DNA of 64,000 nucleotides from Thermoplasmata archaeon (GTDB lineage Archaea; Thermoplasmatota; Thermoplasmata; Lutacidiplasmatales; UBA184): NCBI GenBank assembly GCA_035502475.1, contig DATJUJ010000030.1, positions 2,343 to 66,342 of the forward strand, read 5' to 3'. Shown piece by piece: positions 45,979 to 54,959 of this stretch (position 1 is its first letter; each line of letters starts with the position of its first letter). The notes under the pieces were generated by a model. It saw only the letters and a program-made list of their open reading frames with translations, ran no database searches and was not told where the DNA came from. The position numbers and the translations under genes were made by a program.

Positions 45979-47577
45979 CTACGGACAACCCCAAGTAGAG
46001 TTGCTTGAGTAGTACGTCGGCGCCCAGGCCCAGATACCGACCACATCGGCCGTAAGCTGCGCAAGACTCCCTCCTTGGGCAAACGCATCGAAGCAGGTCT
46101 GCGTGCCTCCCTGGGGGACGACTGCGTACCACTCGAGATTGTTAGAGTTTGAAGTGCTGGAGGTTTGAGACCACCCGGTGCTCGCGGAGAGGTCGATCGA
46201 GCCTACGCCTGGGAGATCCGCATCGATTCCGAGCGTGACAGAGAATCCGCCCTCGACCGCACTGGTCGTTGAAGTCGTGACGGCCCCAAACAATTCGTAA
46301 CCAGCCGGGACGAGGTCGCCATGAACCGAGTGGCCCGTGCTGTCCGGTAGAAAGTAGACATCGGAGGCACTGGTTCCGGGGTAGAGCCAGTCGGTGGGCG
46401 CGGCATAACTTGGATCGCAGTCTGACGATGGGAAGCATGCATTGACCGGCAATCCATAGAGGTTCACCGAGGTCTCCGCCCAACCCCGGTAAATGGCGTT
46501 GAACTCCACCGTTCCGGAGGTCTCGTACTCTGCTAGATAGACAAGGTCCCCGTCCTCTGACCCCTCGCCCCCGCACATCTGGTTCGTGACGGTCGTCGAG
46601 GACGATCCTTCGGATCCCACGCCGCTACCGGCGACTCCGCCGGATATCGACCAGCTGTCAGTAAGTGTCGTTGAGAGAGACCCGCACGCCTCGTACTCGA
46701 GCTCCGAGTAGCCAGCCGGGGCGTTGCTGAAATCGAGCACGACTGGGGAGTACGGGCCCACATAGTTGTGCGGCAGAACGAAATTTACAAACTGCGGGGC
46801 CCAAATGATCAGTGACTCGTTCCACTGTCCCGGCCAATACTGGACATTGAGATTGTCCGGGTTCTGGTAGTTGAGGACCTCCACGACGATCGGGTCCTTG
46901 TATTCGACGCAACCGAGCGGAACATAGTTGGGGTCCCAAACCAGTTGATAGAAGTACCCGTCCGTGGCGTAGGTGTAGATCGGTCCTCCGGGTCCATCGA
47001 GGCTCGGATTGAGGCAATTGATCTCCAGTGGTGTGTTCCCGGACGGGGACGCTCCGGTGGAGTTCGTGATCGTTCCGTTGATGAACTCCGGGGGATCGCT
47101 CGGGGCATTGATCGGCCAAGCGGCGGTCGTGAAGGACCCGGAGTAGGTGGCTCCGTCGATGCAGATGGATCCGATCTGATCGTTCGGCGCGGAGATCTCG
47201 AAGTAGTAGGTCGTCGCCGGCTCGAGGTAATTTAAGAAGACCGAGAAGGACGTCCCGCCGTCGTAGACACTTTGCGAGAAGGGGTACGGACTTGACGTGT
47301 TGCCCCAGTACAGCGTCGCGGCGACTGGATACCCCTCCGTCCAGCTCGTCGTGTCGTTCGTGGCAGTGGCCGTGGACGAGACGCCTCCCACCGAGTTGTG
47401 CTCGATGATGCACTGCATCTGAGAGCCGGCGCTGGCATCGGGGACCGCCACCGTGAGCGCACCGAGCGCGCTGAAGACGAGGATGAAGACGGCGACCGCG
47501 ATCGAAATCGAACGGAGTGTCTGGGCAGATCGAAGTCGTCGCGACTTCCGCCAACTCACCGGGCGCTTGGTCGCCAT
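45979..47577 (-). CDS. Secreted protein with FN3-like N-domain and Ser/Thr-rich beta C-domain (lower-GC islet)
   Basis: Signal peptide ending ASA; ATLYWG...LEPATTYYFEI; S/T-rich amphipathic segments. Confidence 0.75.
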   Translation of the reverse strand: MATKRPVSWRKSRRLRSAQTLRSISIAVAVFILVFSALGALTVAVPDASAGSQMQCIIEHNSVGGVSSTATATNDTTSWTEGYPVAATLYWGNTSSPYPFSQSVYDGGTSFSVFLNYLEPATTYYFEISAPNDQIGSICIDGATYSGSFTTAAWPINAPSDPPEFINGTITNSTGASPSGNTPLEINCLNPSLDGPGGPIYTYATDGYFYQLVWDPNYVPLGCVEYKDPIVVEVLNYQNPDNLNVQYWPGQWNESLIIWAPQFVNFVLPHNYVGPYSPVVLDFSNAPAGYSELEYEACGSLSTTLTDSWSISGGVAGSGVGSEGSSSTTVTNQMCGGEGSEDGDLVYLAEYETSGTVEFNAIYRGWAETSVNLYGLPVNACFPSSDCDPSYAAPTDWLYPGTSASDVYFLPDSTGHSVHGDLVPAGYELFGAVTTSTTSAVEGGFSVTLGIDADLPGVGSIDLSASTGWSQTSSTSNSNNLEWYAVVPQGGTQTCFDAFAQGGSLAQLTADVVGIWAWAPTYYSSNSTWGCP

Positions 47578-47830
47578 CGACACCAGGGGAGTGTCAGCCC
47601 CCTGAGACGGGCCCTTTGTCGGGGCTCCTCGCGAGTCGGCCGTAAGCGAGGATATCGGATGTCGGTCGACCGAAACTGGGCTCAAGCAATTATTAACGCC
47701 AATGGACATGGTGGCACTAACCGACGATGGGTTATAGTGTACCCCACTCTGCGCCTTCACTATCTGACCACTCCCGATCCGATTCCCCGGCAACTTCGGA
47801 CGTGGGCGAAGGCACAAGAGGCGCGCCCCG

Positions 47831-48559
47831 TTGAACGGCCCCGTGTACGCGTCCTCGGCCGAGGCCCCCATGCTGCTCGTCGGGACCGCGCACGTCGTCG
47901 ATCTCTCCGCCGCCCTTGAGCGCGTGCTGGGGGAGCGCGTGCTGGACGGCGTCGCGGTCGAGCTCGACGCGGAGCGGGCCCGCGCGCTGCTCGAGCCGAG
48001 CGCCGGGCCCCGCGGGTCGCGCGGCGTGCCGGTGCTGGCCCGTCTCTGGGGCCTCGTCCAGCGCCGGCTCGGGGCCGAGATCGGGGGCGGTCCCCCCGGG
48101 GCCGAGATGAAGGTCGCCGCCTCCGTGGCGCGCGCCCGGGCGCTGCCGTTGTTCCTGATCGACGATCCGATCCGGCTCACCCTCCTGCGACTCGTGCAGT
48201 CGTTGCCCGTGAAGGAGCGGGTCGTGCTGCTCGGCAGCGCGGTCGTGGGGCTGTTCGTGCCCGCGCGCGTGGTCTCGCGGGAGATGGACCGGTACTCGGA
48301 GGCCCCGCAGGAGTACACTGAGGAGCTGCGCCGCGCGAGCCCCACGCTCGCGCGCGTGCTCGTCGACGACCGGAACGAGCACATGGCAGACCGGCTCGCC
48401 GAACTGCGCCGCCGCGGATACGGGCGGATCGCCGCCGTCGTCGGGGACGCGCATCTGGCGGGGCTCTCGGAGGCCCTCCACCGGCGCGGCGTGCCGGTCG
48501 AGACGATCCCGTTCCGCACGCTGCGGGCGGCTACAGGACCGACGGGGTCCCCTTCGTAG
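47831..48559 (+). CDS. TraB/PrgY-family protein
   Basis: LVGTAHV, VAVELD, PGAEM, LVDDRNEHM, AVVGDAH. Confidence 0.88.
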   Translation: MNGPVYASSAEAPMLLVGTAHVVDLSAALERVLGERVLDGVAVELDAERARALLEPSAGPRGSRGVPVLARLWGLVQRRLGAEIGGGPPGAEMKVAASVARARALPLFLIDDPIRLTLLRLVQSLPVKERVVLLGSAVVGLFVPARVVSREMDRYSEAPQEYTEELRRASPTLARVLVDDRNEHMADRLAELRRRGYGRIAAVVGDAHLAGLSEALHRRGVPVETIPFRTLRAATGPTGSPS

Positions 48560-49400
48560 CGTCCTCGATCGCCCGCACAAAGGCGTCGGCGAGCGTGCCG
48601 ACCGACGGCGACACGACGTCCTCGAGGCGGCCCGCGTCGGAGAGCTCGGAGATCGCGGGCTCGACGGGGATCCGCGCGAGGATCGGGATCCCGTACTCCT
48701 GCGCGACCGCGTCGACCCGGCTTGCGCCGAAGAGCCGGATCTGCTGCCCGCAGTGCGGACAGACGACGAACGCCTCGTTCTCGACGACGCCGAGGAGCGG
48801 CACGTGGAGGTCGCGCGCCATGTTCATCGCCTTCTTGACGATCAGCGCGGCGAGGTCCTGGGGCGTGAGCACGAAGACCATCCCATCGATCGGGATCGTC
48901 TGGAAGACCGTGAGCGGCACATCGCTCGTGCCGGGCGGCATGTCGAGGAGCAGGTAGTCGAGCGGTCCCCAGTTGACGCCGCCGAAGAACTGCGTGATGA
49001 GGCGGGTCACCAGCGGACCGCGCCAGATGACGGGCGTCTGCTCGTCTTCGACCATGAACTGGGAGGAGACGACCGCGATCCCCGAGGACGTGCGGGCCGG
49101 CTCGATGCCCTCGCCGCGATCGGTGAGCGGACCCTTGAGGCCCAGGAGCTTCGGGATCGACGGGCCCGTGATGTCCGCGTCGAGGACGCCGACCGCGAGC
49201 CCGCGGCGGGTCAGTTCGGCCGCGAGGAGGGCGGTCACCGAAGATTTCCCCACCCCGCCCTTGCCGCTCCCGACCGCGACCACGTGCCGGATGCGCCCCT
49301 TGTCCATGCGCTGCAGCAGACCCCGCGGCCCCGGGCGCCCCTGGCTCTGGGGCGGCGTCGACGTCGGACGGCTCGACATCGGAGAACCTTCGGCCGTCAT
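48531..49400 (-). CDS. Mrp/NBP35 Fe-S carrier ATPase
   Basis: SGKGGVGKS, DADITGPS, WRGP, DMPPGTSD, CPHC. Confidence 0.93.
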   Translation of the reverse strand: MTAEGSPMSSRPTSTPPQSQGRPGPRGLLQRMDKGRIRHVVAVGSGKGGVGKSSVTALLAAELTRRGLAVGVLDADITGPSIPKLLGLKGPLTDRGEGIEPARTSSGIAVVSSQFMVEDEQTPVIWRGPLVTRLITQFFGGVNWGPLDYLLLDMPPGTSDVPLTVFQTIPIDGMVFVLTPQDLAALIVKKAMNMARDLHVPLLGVVENEAFVVCPHCGQQIRLFGASRVDAVAQEYGIPILARIPVEPAISELSDAGRLEDVVSPSVGTLADAFVRAIEDATKGTPSVL

Positions 49401-49424
49401 CGCGCCGTAGCACGGGGAGGTCGC

Positions 49425-49432
49425 TATATAAG
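49425..49432. promoter_or_regulatory. Putative bidirectional TATA box
   Basis: TATATAAG between divergent Mrp and acyl-CoA synthetase genes. Confidence 0.55.
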
Positions 49433-49468
49433 CGGGGGCGGTCCGGCGCCGAGGTTCTCGGGCGTCCC

Positions 49469-51631
49469 ATGAGCGTCGGAGCGTCGCCCGAGCTCGACGA
49501 GCTGTTCCGGCCGGCCTCGGTCGCCGTCATCGGCGCCTCGAACAAGCCCGGCAAGGTCGGGACGAGCGTCTTCCGCAACATCCTGCAGGCTGGGTTCAAG
49601 GGCGTCGCCTACCCGGTGAACCCGTCCTCGAAGAGCGTCTCGGGGGTCCGCTGCTACGCCTCCGTCCGGGACCTGCCCGAGGCCCCCGAGCTCGCGGTCG
49701 TCATCGTTCCCGCGGCGGCGGTGGCGGACGTCGTCGAGCAGCTCGGGGCGGCCGGGACCCGCGGGGTCGTCGTGATCTCCGCCGGCTTTCGGGAGGTCGG
49801 CGACGCCGGCGCGGCGCTCGAGCGCGAGGTCGTCGCGCGCGCGCAGCGCTACCGGATGTCGCTCGTCGGCCCCAACTGCTTCGGCGTCCTCAACACCGCC
49901 GAGGACGTGAGCCTCAACGCGACGTTCAGCGAGAGCCTGCCGCCGCGGGGGAACATCGCCTTCGTCTCGCAGAGCGGCGCGCTGTGCGCGGGGATCCTCC
50001 AGTACGGGATCGCCGAGCGGATCGGCTTCTCGCGGTTCGTCTCCGTGGGCAACCGCGCCGGGGTCGACGAGAACGATCTCCTCCACGCCCTGGGCTCGGA
50101 CCCGGCGACGAAGGTGATCCTCCTCTACGTCGAGAGCCTGGCGAACGGCCGGCGTTTCCTCGAGGCGGCGCGCGAGGTCACCGAGCAGACCCCGGTGCTC
50201 GTCATCAAGAGCGGACGGACGGCGGCGGGGGAGCGGGCCGCGAGGAGCCACACCGGCTCGCTCGCGCAGTCCGGCCGGGACCAGCTCTACGACGCGCTGT
50301 TCGAGCAGTCGGGCGTGCTGCGGGCCGACACGCTCGGCGACCTGTTCCGCACGGCGAAGATCTTCGCGTCGGGCCTGACGCTCGGCGGCCCCCGGCTCGC
50401 GATCCTCACGAACTCCGGGGGCCCGGGGATCGTCGCGGCGGACGCCGCGATCCGGGGCGGCCTCGAGTTGCCGGTGCCGTCGCCCACGGTGCGGGCGGAC
50501 ATCGCCCGCCACCTCCCGGCGATCGCCGCGGTCTCCAACCCGCTCGACATGACCGCCGACATCGGAGCCGAGCAGTATCGCGGGACGCTCGCCGCGCTGC
50601 TCGCCACGCCCGAGATCGACGGAGCGCTCGTGATCGCGACCCCGACCGGCACGATGACCGGTAGCACGGTCGCCCAGGCGATCCTCGACGCGAAGGCGAC
50701 CACGCCGAAGGCGATCGTCGCCTGCCTGTTCGGCCTCACCGACCTTTCGCGCGAGGTCTCCTTCCTCGAGGACCGCGGCGTGCCGACGTTCACGTTCCCG
50801 GAAGAGGCGGTCGAAGGGCTGGGCAGCCTCGCCCGCTACCACGCCTGGCGGACCCGGCCCCGGACCGAGGTCCGCTCGTTCCCGGTCGATCGCGCGGCCG
50901 CCCAGGCGGCCCTCGACGCCGCCCACCGTGCCGGGGCGACCATCCTGCCCGAGTACGCCTCCCGCTCCCTGCTCGCGGCCTACGGGCTCCGCTTCCCCCA
51001 GGTCGCGCGCGTCACGATGGCCGACGAAGCGGCGCGGGCGGCCGACACGATCGGCTATCCCGTGGTCCTCAAAGTGGCGTCCCCCGACATCTCCCACAAG
51101 ACCGAGGTGGGGGGGGTCGCCGTGGGCTTGACGGACGCGGGCCAGGTCCGCGAGGCGTTCGCGCGGATGGACCGGACGGTGAAGGCCCGGGCCCCCCAGG
51201 CGCGCGTCGAGGGATACGAGGTCGAGCAGCAGGTCGTCGGCGCCAAGGAGGTCCTGGTCGGGGTGCAGCGGGATCTCGACTTCGGGCCGATCGTCGTCTT
51301 CGGGATGGGCGGCATCTACGTCGAGGTGCTGCGCGACGTCACGTTCCGCCTCGCGCCGATCCGTCCGCTCTCCGCCGAGCGGATGGTCCGCTCGATCAAG
51401 ATGTTCCCGCTGCTCCAGGGGTTCCGCGGCGAGGCGGCCAGCGACCTCCCCGCGCTCGAGGAGGCGATCGAGCGGGTCTCGCAGCTGGCGATGGAGGTCC
51501 CCGAGATCGCGGAGCTCGACCTCAACCCGCTGCTCGTCCGGCCCGCGGGGCAGGGCGTGATCGCCGTGGACGCGCGGATCGTGCTCGCTCCGTCTTCCAG
51601 ATCGGCACCGAACGCTTCAGCTCCTCGATGA
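49469..51631 (+). CDS. ADP-forming acetate/acyl-CoA ligase, fused alpha-beta
   Basis: VIGAS, GPNCFG, SQSGA, SHTG, NPLD, SHKTEVGGV, DLNP. Confidence 0.92.
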   Translation: MSVGASPELDELFRPASVAVIGASNKPGKVGTSVFRNILQAGFKGVAYPVNPSSKSVSGVRCYASVRDLPEAPELAVVIVPAAAVADVVEQLGAAGTRGVVVISAGFREVGDAGAALEREVVARAQRYRMSLVGPNCFGVLNTAEDVSLNATFSESLPPRGNIAFVSQSGALCAGILQYGIAERIGFSRFVSVGNRAGVDENDLLHALGSDPATKVILLYVESLANGRRFLEAAREVTEQTPVLVIKSGRTAAGERAARSHTGSLAQSGRDQLYDALFEQSGVLRADTLGDLFRTAKIFASGLTLGGPRLAILTNSGGPGIVAADAAIRGGLELPVPSPTVRADIARHLPAIAAVSNPLDMTADIGAEQYRGTLAALLATPEIDGALVIATPTGTMTGSTVAQAILDAKATTPKAIVACLFGLTDLSREVSFLEDRGVPTFTFPEEAVEGLGSLARYHAWRTRPRTEVRSFPVDRAAAQAALDAAHRAGATILPEYASRSLLAAYGLRFPQVARVTMADEAARAADTIGYPVVLKVASPDISHKTEVGGVAVGLTDAGQVREAFARMDRTVKARAPQARVEGYEVEQQVVGAKEVLVGVQRDLDFGPIVVFGMGGIYVEVLRDVTFRLAPIRPLSAERMVRSIKMFPLLQGFRGEAASDLPALEEAIERVSQLAMEVPEIAELDLNPLLVRPAGQGVIAVDARIVLAPSSRSAPNASAPR

Positions 51632-51962
51632 GGTAGCGCGCCGCGGCGAACGCCTCCGCCCGGTGGGCGCAGCCCGCCCCGGCGACGACCGACACCTCGC
51701 CCACGCGAAGCCGACCGAACCGGTGCCAGAGGACGATCCGGCGCGCGTGGAACCGACGCACCGCGGTCGCCTCGAGGACCCGCAGCCGCGCGAGCGCGGG
51801 GGCGGCGTGGACGTCATAGACGAGCGCGACCACCCGGCCCCGGGGCCCGGGATCCGGGCGCACGCGGCCGCAGAAGACGACGACCCCTCCCACACCGGGG
51901 CCTTCGAGCGCCCGGTAGGCGGACGCCACCGAGAGCGCCCGATCCGTGAGCCGGACCGACAC
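51522..51962 (-). CDS. moaE: Molybdopterin synthase catalytic subunit
   Basis: GGVVVFCGRVR, HRFGRL.VGE, HRAEAF, VPIWKTE. Confidence 0.9.
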   Translation of the reverse strand: MSVRLTDRALSVASAYRALEGPGVGGVVVFCGRVRPDPGPRGRVVALVYDVHAAPALARLRVLEATAVRRFHARRIVLWHRFGRLRVGEVSVVAGAGCAHRAEAFAAARYLIEELKRSVPIWKTERARSARPRRSRPAPRAGRAAG

Positions 51963-51964
51963 GG

Positions 51965-52222
51965 CTAGCCTCCTCCGTACGGGGGATGGACCGCGAACTC
52001 GTCCCCGGGGTCGAGCCGGACCGCGAGGCTCGCGAGGTACCGTCCGTTCCGGAGGAACCGGCTCGTCTCGAGCGTCCGGCGCAACCGGGGGTAGCGCTCC
52101 CCGAGCGACCGGACGAGCGCGCGGGCCGCGATCCCGTCCTCGGGGACCGCCCAGGCGATCGACCCGCGGCCGGCGACGTCCCGGGCCGGGCCGAAGAGGA
52201 GGACGGTCACGGCCTGCGCCAT
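51965..52222 (-). CDS. moaD: MoaD/ThiS/SAMP ubiquitin-like sulfur carrier
   Basis: VLLFGPARD...GDEFAVHPPYGGG with C-terminal GG. Confidence 0.88.
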   Translation of the reverse strand: MAQAVTVLLFGPARDVAGRGSIAWAVPEDGIAARALVRSLGERYPRLRRTLETSRFLRNGRYLASLAVRLDPGDEFAVHPPYGGG

Positions 52223-52315
52223 CGCGGCGCGCAGGGGCCGCCCGCCCTTAGGATTGTTGTGCCCCGCGCGGCCGCGCCCTAAACGGCTTATAGATTCGTT
52301 CGATAGAACCGGTCC

Positions 52316-54064
52316 ATGAACGAGCTCTCGGTGCGGGCCGGTGGCCAGGCGGGAGACGGGATCGCCTCGATCGGAGAGGCGATCGCCCGCTGCTACTCCC
52401 GGATGGGCCTCCACGTCTTCGGCCTCAACGCCTACCAGTCGGTGATCCGCGGAGGGCACGTCTGGTACCAGGCACGCACCGGCCCGGGTCGCGCGTACTC
52501 CCAAGGCGACGGCGCCGACATTCTCTACGCGCTCGACAAGCAGACCGTCGAGGTGCACGTCCCCACGCTGCGTCCCGGCGGCACCGTCATCCACGACCCC
52601 GAGAAGTTCGCGGTCGGGGACCTCCCCTCCGGCATCACCGCCCTCCCGGTCCCGACGCTCGAGATCGCCCGCAAGTACACGAGCCAGTCGATCCTCCAGA
52701 ACGCGGCCGGCATGGGCGCCGCGGCCTTCCTCGGCGGCATCCCGCTCGACACCCTGCATGCCGTGCTCACCGACTCCTTCGGTCGGAAGGCCGGCGACAT
52801 CGTCACGTGGAACCTCGGCGCGAGCGCGGCCGGCTACGAGTTCGCCCAGCAGCACGCGAGCGTCCACCCGAACGCCCCGTCGAAGGCCGGGGAGCCGAAG
52901 CTCCTCATGACCGGCAACCAGGCGATCGCGCTCGGCGCCGCCGCGGCCGGCTGCAAGTTCCTCGCCCAGTACCCGATGACCCCGGCGTCGTCGATCATGC
53001 ACTGGATGGCCGCCCATGCGACCGACCTCGGCATCGTCGTGAAGCAGGCCGAGGACGAGCTCGGGGCGATCAACATGGCGATCGGAGCCTCGTTCGGCGG
53101 CGTCCGGGCGATGACCGCGACCAGCGGCGGCGGGTTCGCGCTGATGGTCGAGGCGCTCGGGATGGCCGGCATGACCGAGACCCCGCTCGTCGTGGTCGAG
53201 TCGCAGCGCTCCGGGCCCTCGACCGGGCTGCCGACGAAGACCGAGCAGGGCGATCTCAACATGATGCTCGGGGCCGGCCAGAGCGAGTTCCCCCGCGCGA
53301 TCCTCGCCCCCTCGAACGCGGCCGAGGCGTACCGGGCGATGCTCCGCGCCTTCCAGCTCGCGGAGGACTGGCAGACGCCGGTGCTCGTCGCGAGCGATCT
53401 CCACCTGTCGGAGAGCCACATGACGGTCGATCGCTCCGAGATCGACCTCGACGTCGACCTCCCGAGCCTGTTCACCGTCACGCCGAACGGCCACGACTAC
53501 AAGCGCTACCAGTACACGGACTCCGGCGTCTCCCCGCGGGCGATCCCCGGGCAGCCGGGGCTCAACTTCGTCGCCGGCTCGGACGAGCATGACGAGAAGG
53601 GCCACCTCGTCTCGGACGTGAAGTCGGGCATCCCCGTCTGGGTCGCGGAGCGCCAGCGGATGATGGAAAAGCGGATGCACAAGCTCGCGGGGCTCACGGC
53701 CCAGAGCGCGCCGCCGGCGTTCGAGGGACCGGCGGACGCCGACCTCACGTTCGTCGCCTGGGGCTCCACGATCGGGGCCGTGCGCGATGCGATGCCGATG
53801 CTCAGCGCGCGGGGCAAGAAGACGAACCTCCTCGCGTTCCCGACGGTCTACCCGCTCGACCCGGGCCGCGTCCTGGCGGCGTTCGGCCAGACGCGGCGGA
53901 CGCTGCTGGTCGAGGAGAACTTCTCCGGCCAGTTCGGGCGGCTCCTGCGGGCGGAGACCGGCATCCACCTCACGAGCCGGCTGCTCAAGTACGACGGGGA
54001 ACCGTTCTATCCCCACGAGGTAGTGGTGCGCGCGATGGAGGTGCTGAGCGATGGCGGACAGTAG
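52316..54064 (+). CDS. 2-oxoacid:ferredoxin oxidoreductase alpha (fused gamma-alpha)
   Basis: GGQAGDG, IRGGH, YPMTPAS, QAEDE, TSGGG, RSGPSTGLPT. Confidence 0.94.
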   Translation: MNELSVRAGGQAGDGIASIGEAIARCYSRMGLHVFGLNAYQSVIRGGHVWYQARTGPGRAYSQGDGADILYALDKQTVEVHVPTLRPGGTVIHDPEKFAVGDLPSGITALPVPTLEIARKYTSQSILQNAAGMGAAAFLGGIPLDTLHAVLTDSFGRKAGDIVTWNLGASAAGYEFAQQHASVHPNAPSKAGEPKLLMTGNQAIALGAAAAGCKFLAQYPMTPASSIMHWMAAHATDLGIVVKQAEDELGAINMAIGASFGGVRAMTATSGGGFALMVEALGMAGMTETPLVVVESQRSGPSTGLPTKTEQGDLNMMLGAGQSEFPRAILAPSNAAEAYRAMLRAFQLAEDWQTPVLVASDLHLSESHMTVDRSEIDLDVDLPSLFTVTPNGHDYKRYQYTDSGVSPRAIPGQPGLNFVAGSDEHDEKGHLVSDVKSGIPVWVAERQRMMEKRMHKLAGLTAQSAPPAFEGPADADLTFVAWGSTIGAVRDAMPMLSARGKKTNLLAFPTVYPLDPGRVLAAFGQTRRTLLVEENFSGQFGRLLRAETGIHLTSRLLKYDGEPFYPHEVVVRAMEVLSDGGQ

Positions 54065-54950
54065 CGCGGCGCGCCCTCCGACGGGCCTCGGGACCCCGCT
54101 GCCCGTCGTCGGCAAGTCGGACACGAAGCCGACCTGGTGCCCCGGCTGCGGCGACTTCGGGGTCGTCGCGGCGGTCGAGGGCGCGCTGAAGCGCCTCAAG
54201 ATCCCGAGCCATGAGGTCGTGATCGTCTCGGGGATCGGCTGCTCGTCGAACCTCCCCCACTTCCTCTCGTCCTACGGCTTCCACGGGATCCACGGCCGCT
54301 CCCTGCCGGTCGCCGAGGGCATCCGGTGGGCGAACCACGCGCTCACCGTGATCGGCACGGGCGGCGACGGCGACGGCTTCGGGATCGGCGTGGGCCACTT
54401 CGTCCACGCGATGCGCCGGAACGTCGACCTCACGTACGTGACGATGGACAACCAGATCTACGGGCTCACGACCGGCCAGGCGAGCCCGACCTCCACGATG
54501 GGGCAGAAGACCAAGTCGACGCCCCACGGGGTCATCGAGAACCCGATCGATCCCATCGCGCTCGCCCTCGCCTCGGGGGCCACCTACGTGGCCCGCGGCT
54601 TCTCCGGCGACGTGAAGCAGCTCACGGACCTGGTCGCGGGCGGCATCCAGCACAAGGGGTTCGCGCTCGTCGACGTGTTCAGCCCGTGCGTGACCTACAA
54701 CAAGCTCAACACGTTCGACTTCTTCCGCCAGCGCGTCTACAAGCTTGAGAGCGCCGGCCACGACCCCTCCAACCTCGTGACCGCGTGGGAGCGCGCGCTC
54801 GAGTGGGGCGACAAGATCCCGATCGGGCTGTTCTACCGGACCGAGCGCCCGACGTACGAGGACCTCGAGGAGGTCCTGCAGCCCGGACCGCTCGTCCACC
54901 AACCGGCGGGCACGCGCGGGAAGACGTCGCTCCTCGACGAGTTCGTCTAG
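54051..54950 (+). CDS. 2-oxoacid:ferredoxin oxidoreductase beta
   Basis: WCPGCGD, SGIGCS, GDGD, DNQIYGLTTGQ, SPC. Confidence 0.94.
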   Translation: MADSSAARPPTGLGTPLPVVGKSDTKPTWCPGCGDFGVVAAVEGALKRLKIPSHEVVIVSGIGCSSNLPHFLSSYGFHGIHGRSLPVAEGIRWANHALTVIGTGGDGDGFGIGVGHFVHAMRRNVDLTYVTMDNQIYGLTTGQASPTSTMGQKTKSTPHGVIENPIDPIALALASGATYVARGFSGDVKQLTDLVAGGIQHKGFALVDVFSPCVTYNKLNTFDFFRQRVYKLESAGHDPSNLVTAWERALEWGDKIPIGLFYRTERPTYEDLEEVLQPGPLVHQPAGTRGKTSLLDEFV

Positions 54951-54959
54951 GGGCTCTCC

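Noticed and set aside
47831..48559. traB as evidence of conjugation next to the islet
   Set aside because: The TraB/PrgY family is a widespread archaeal housekeeping family; no transfer genes are present
47578..49599. N-terminal extension making the secreted protein 1206 aa
   Set aside because: It overlaps the traB and mrp genes; the signal peptide and an AT-rich promoter point to ATG 47577
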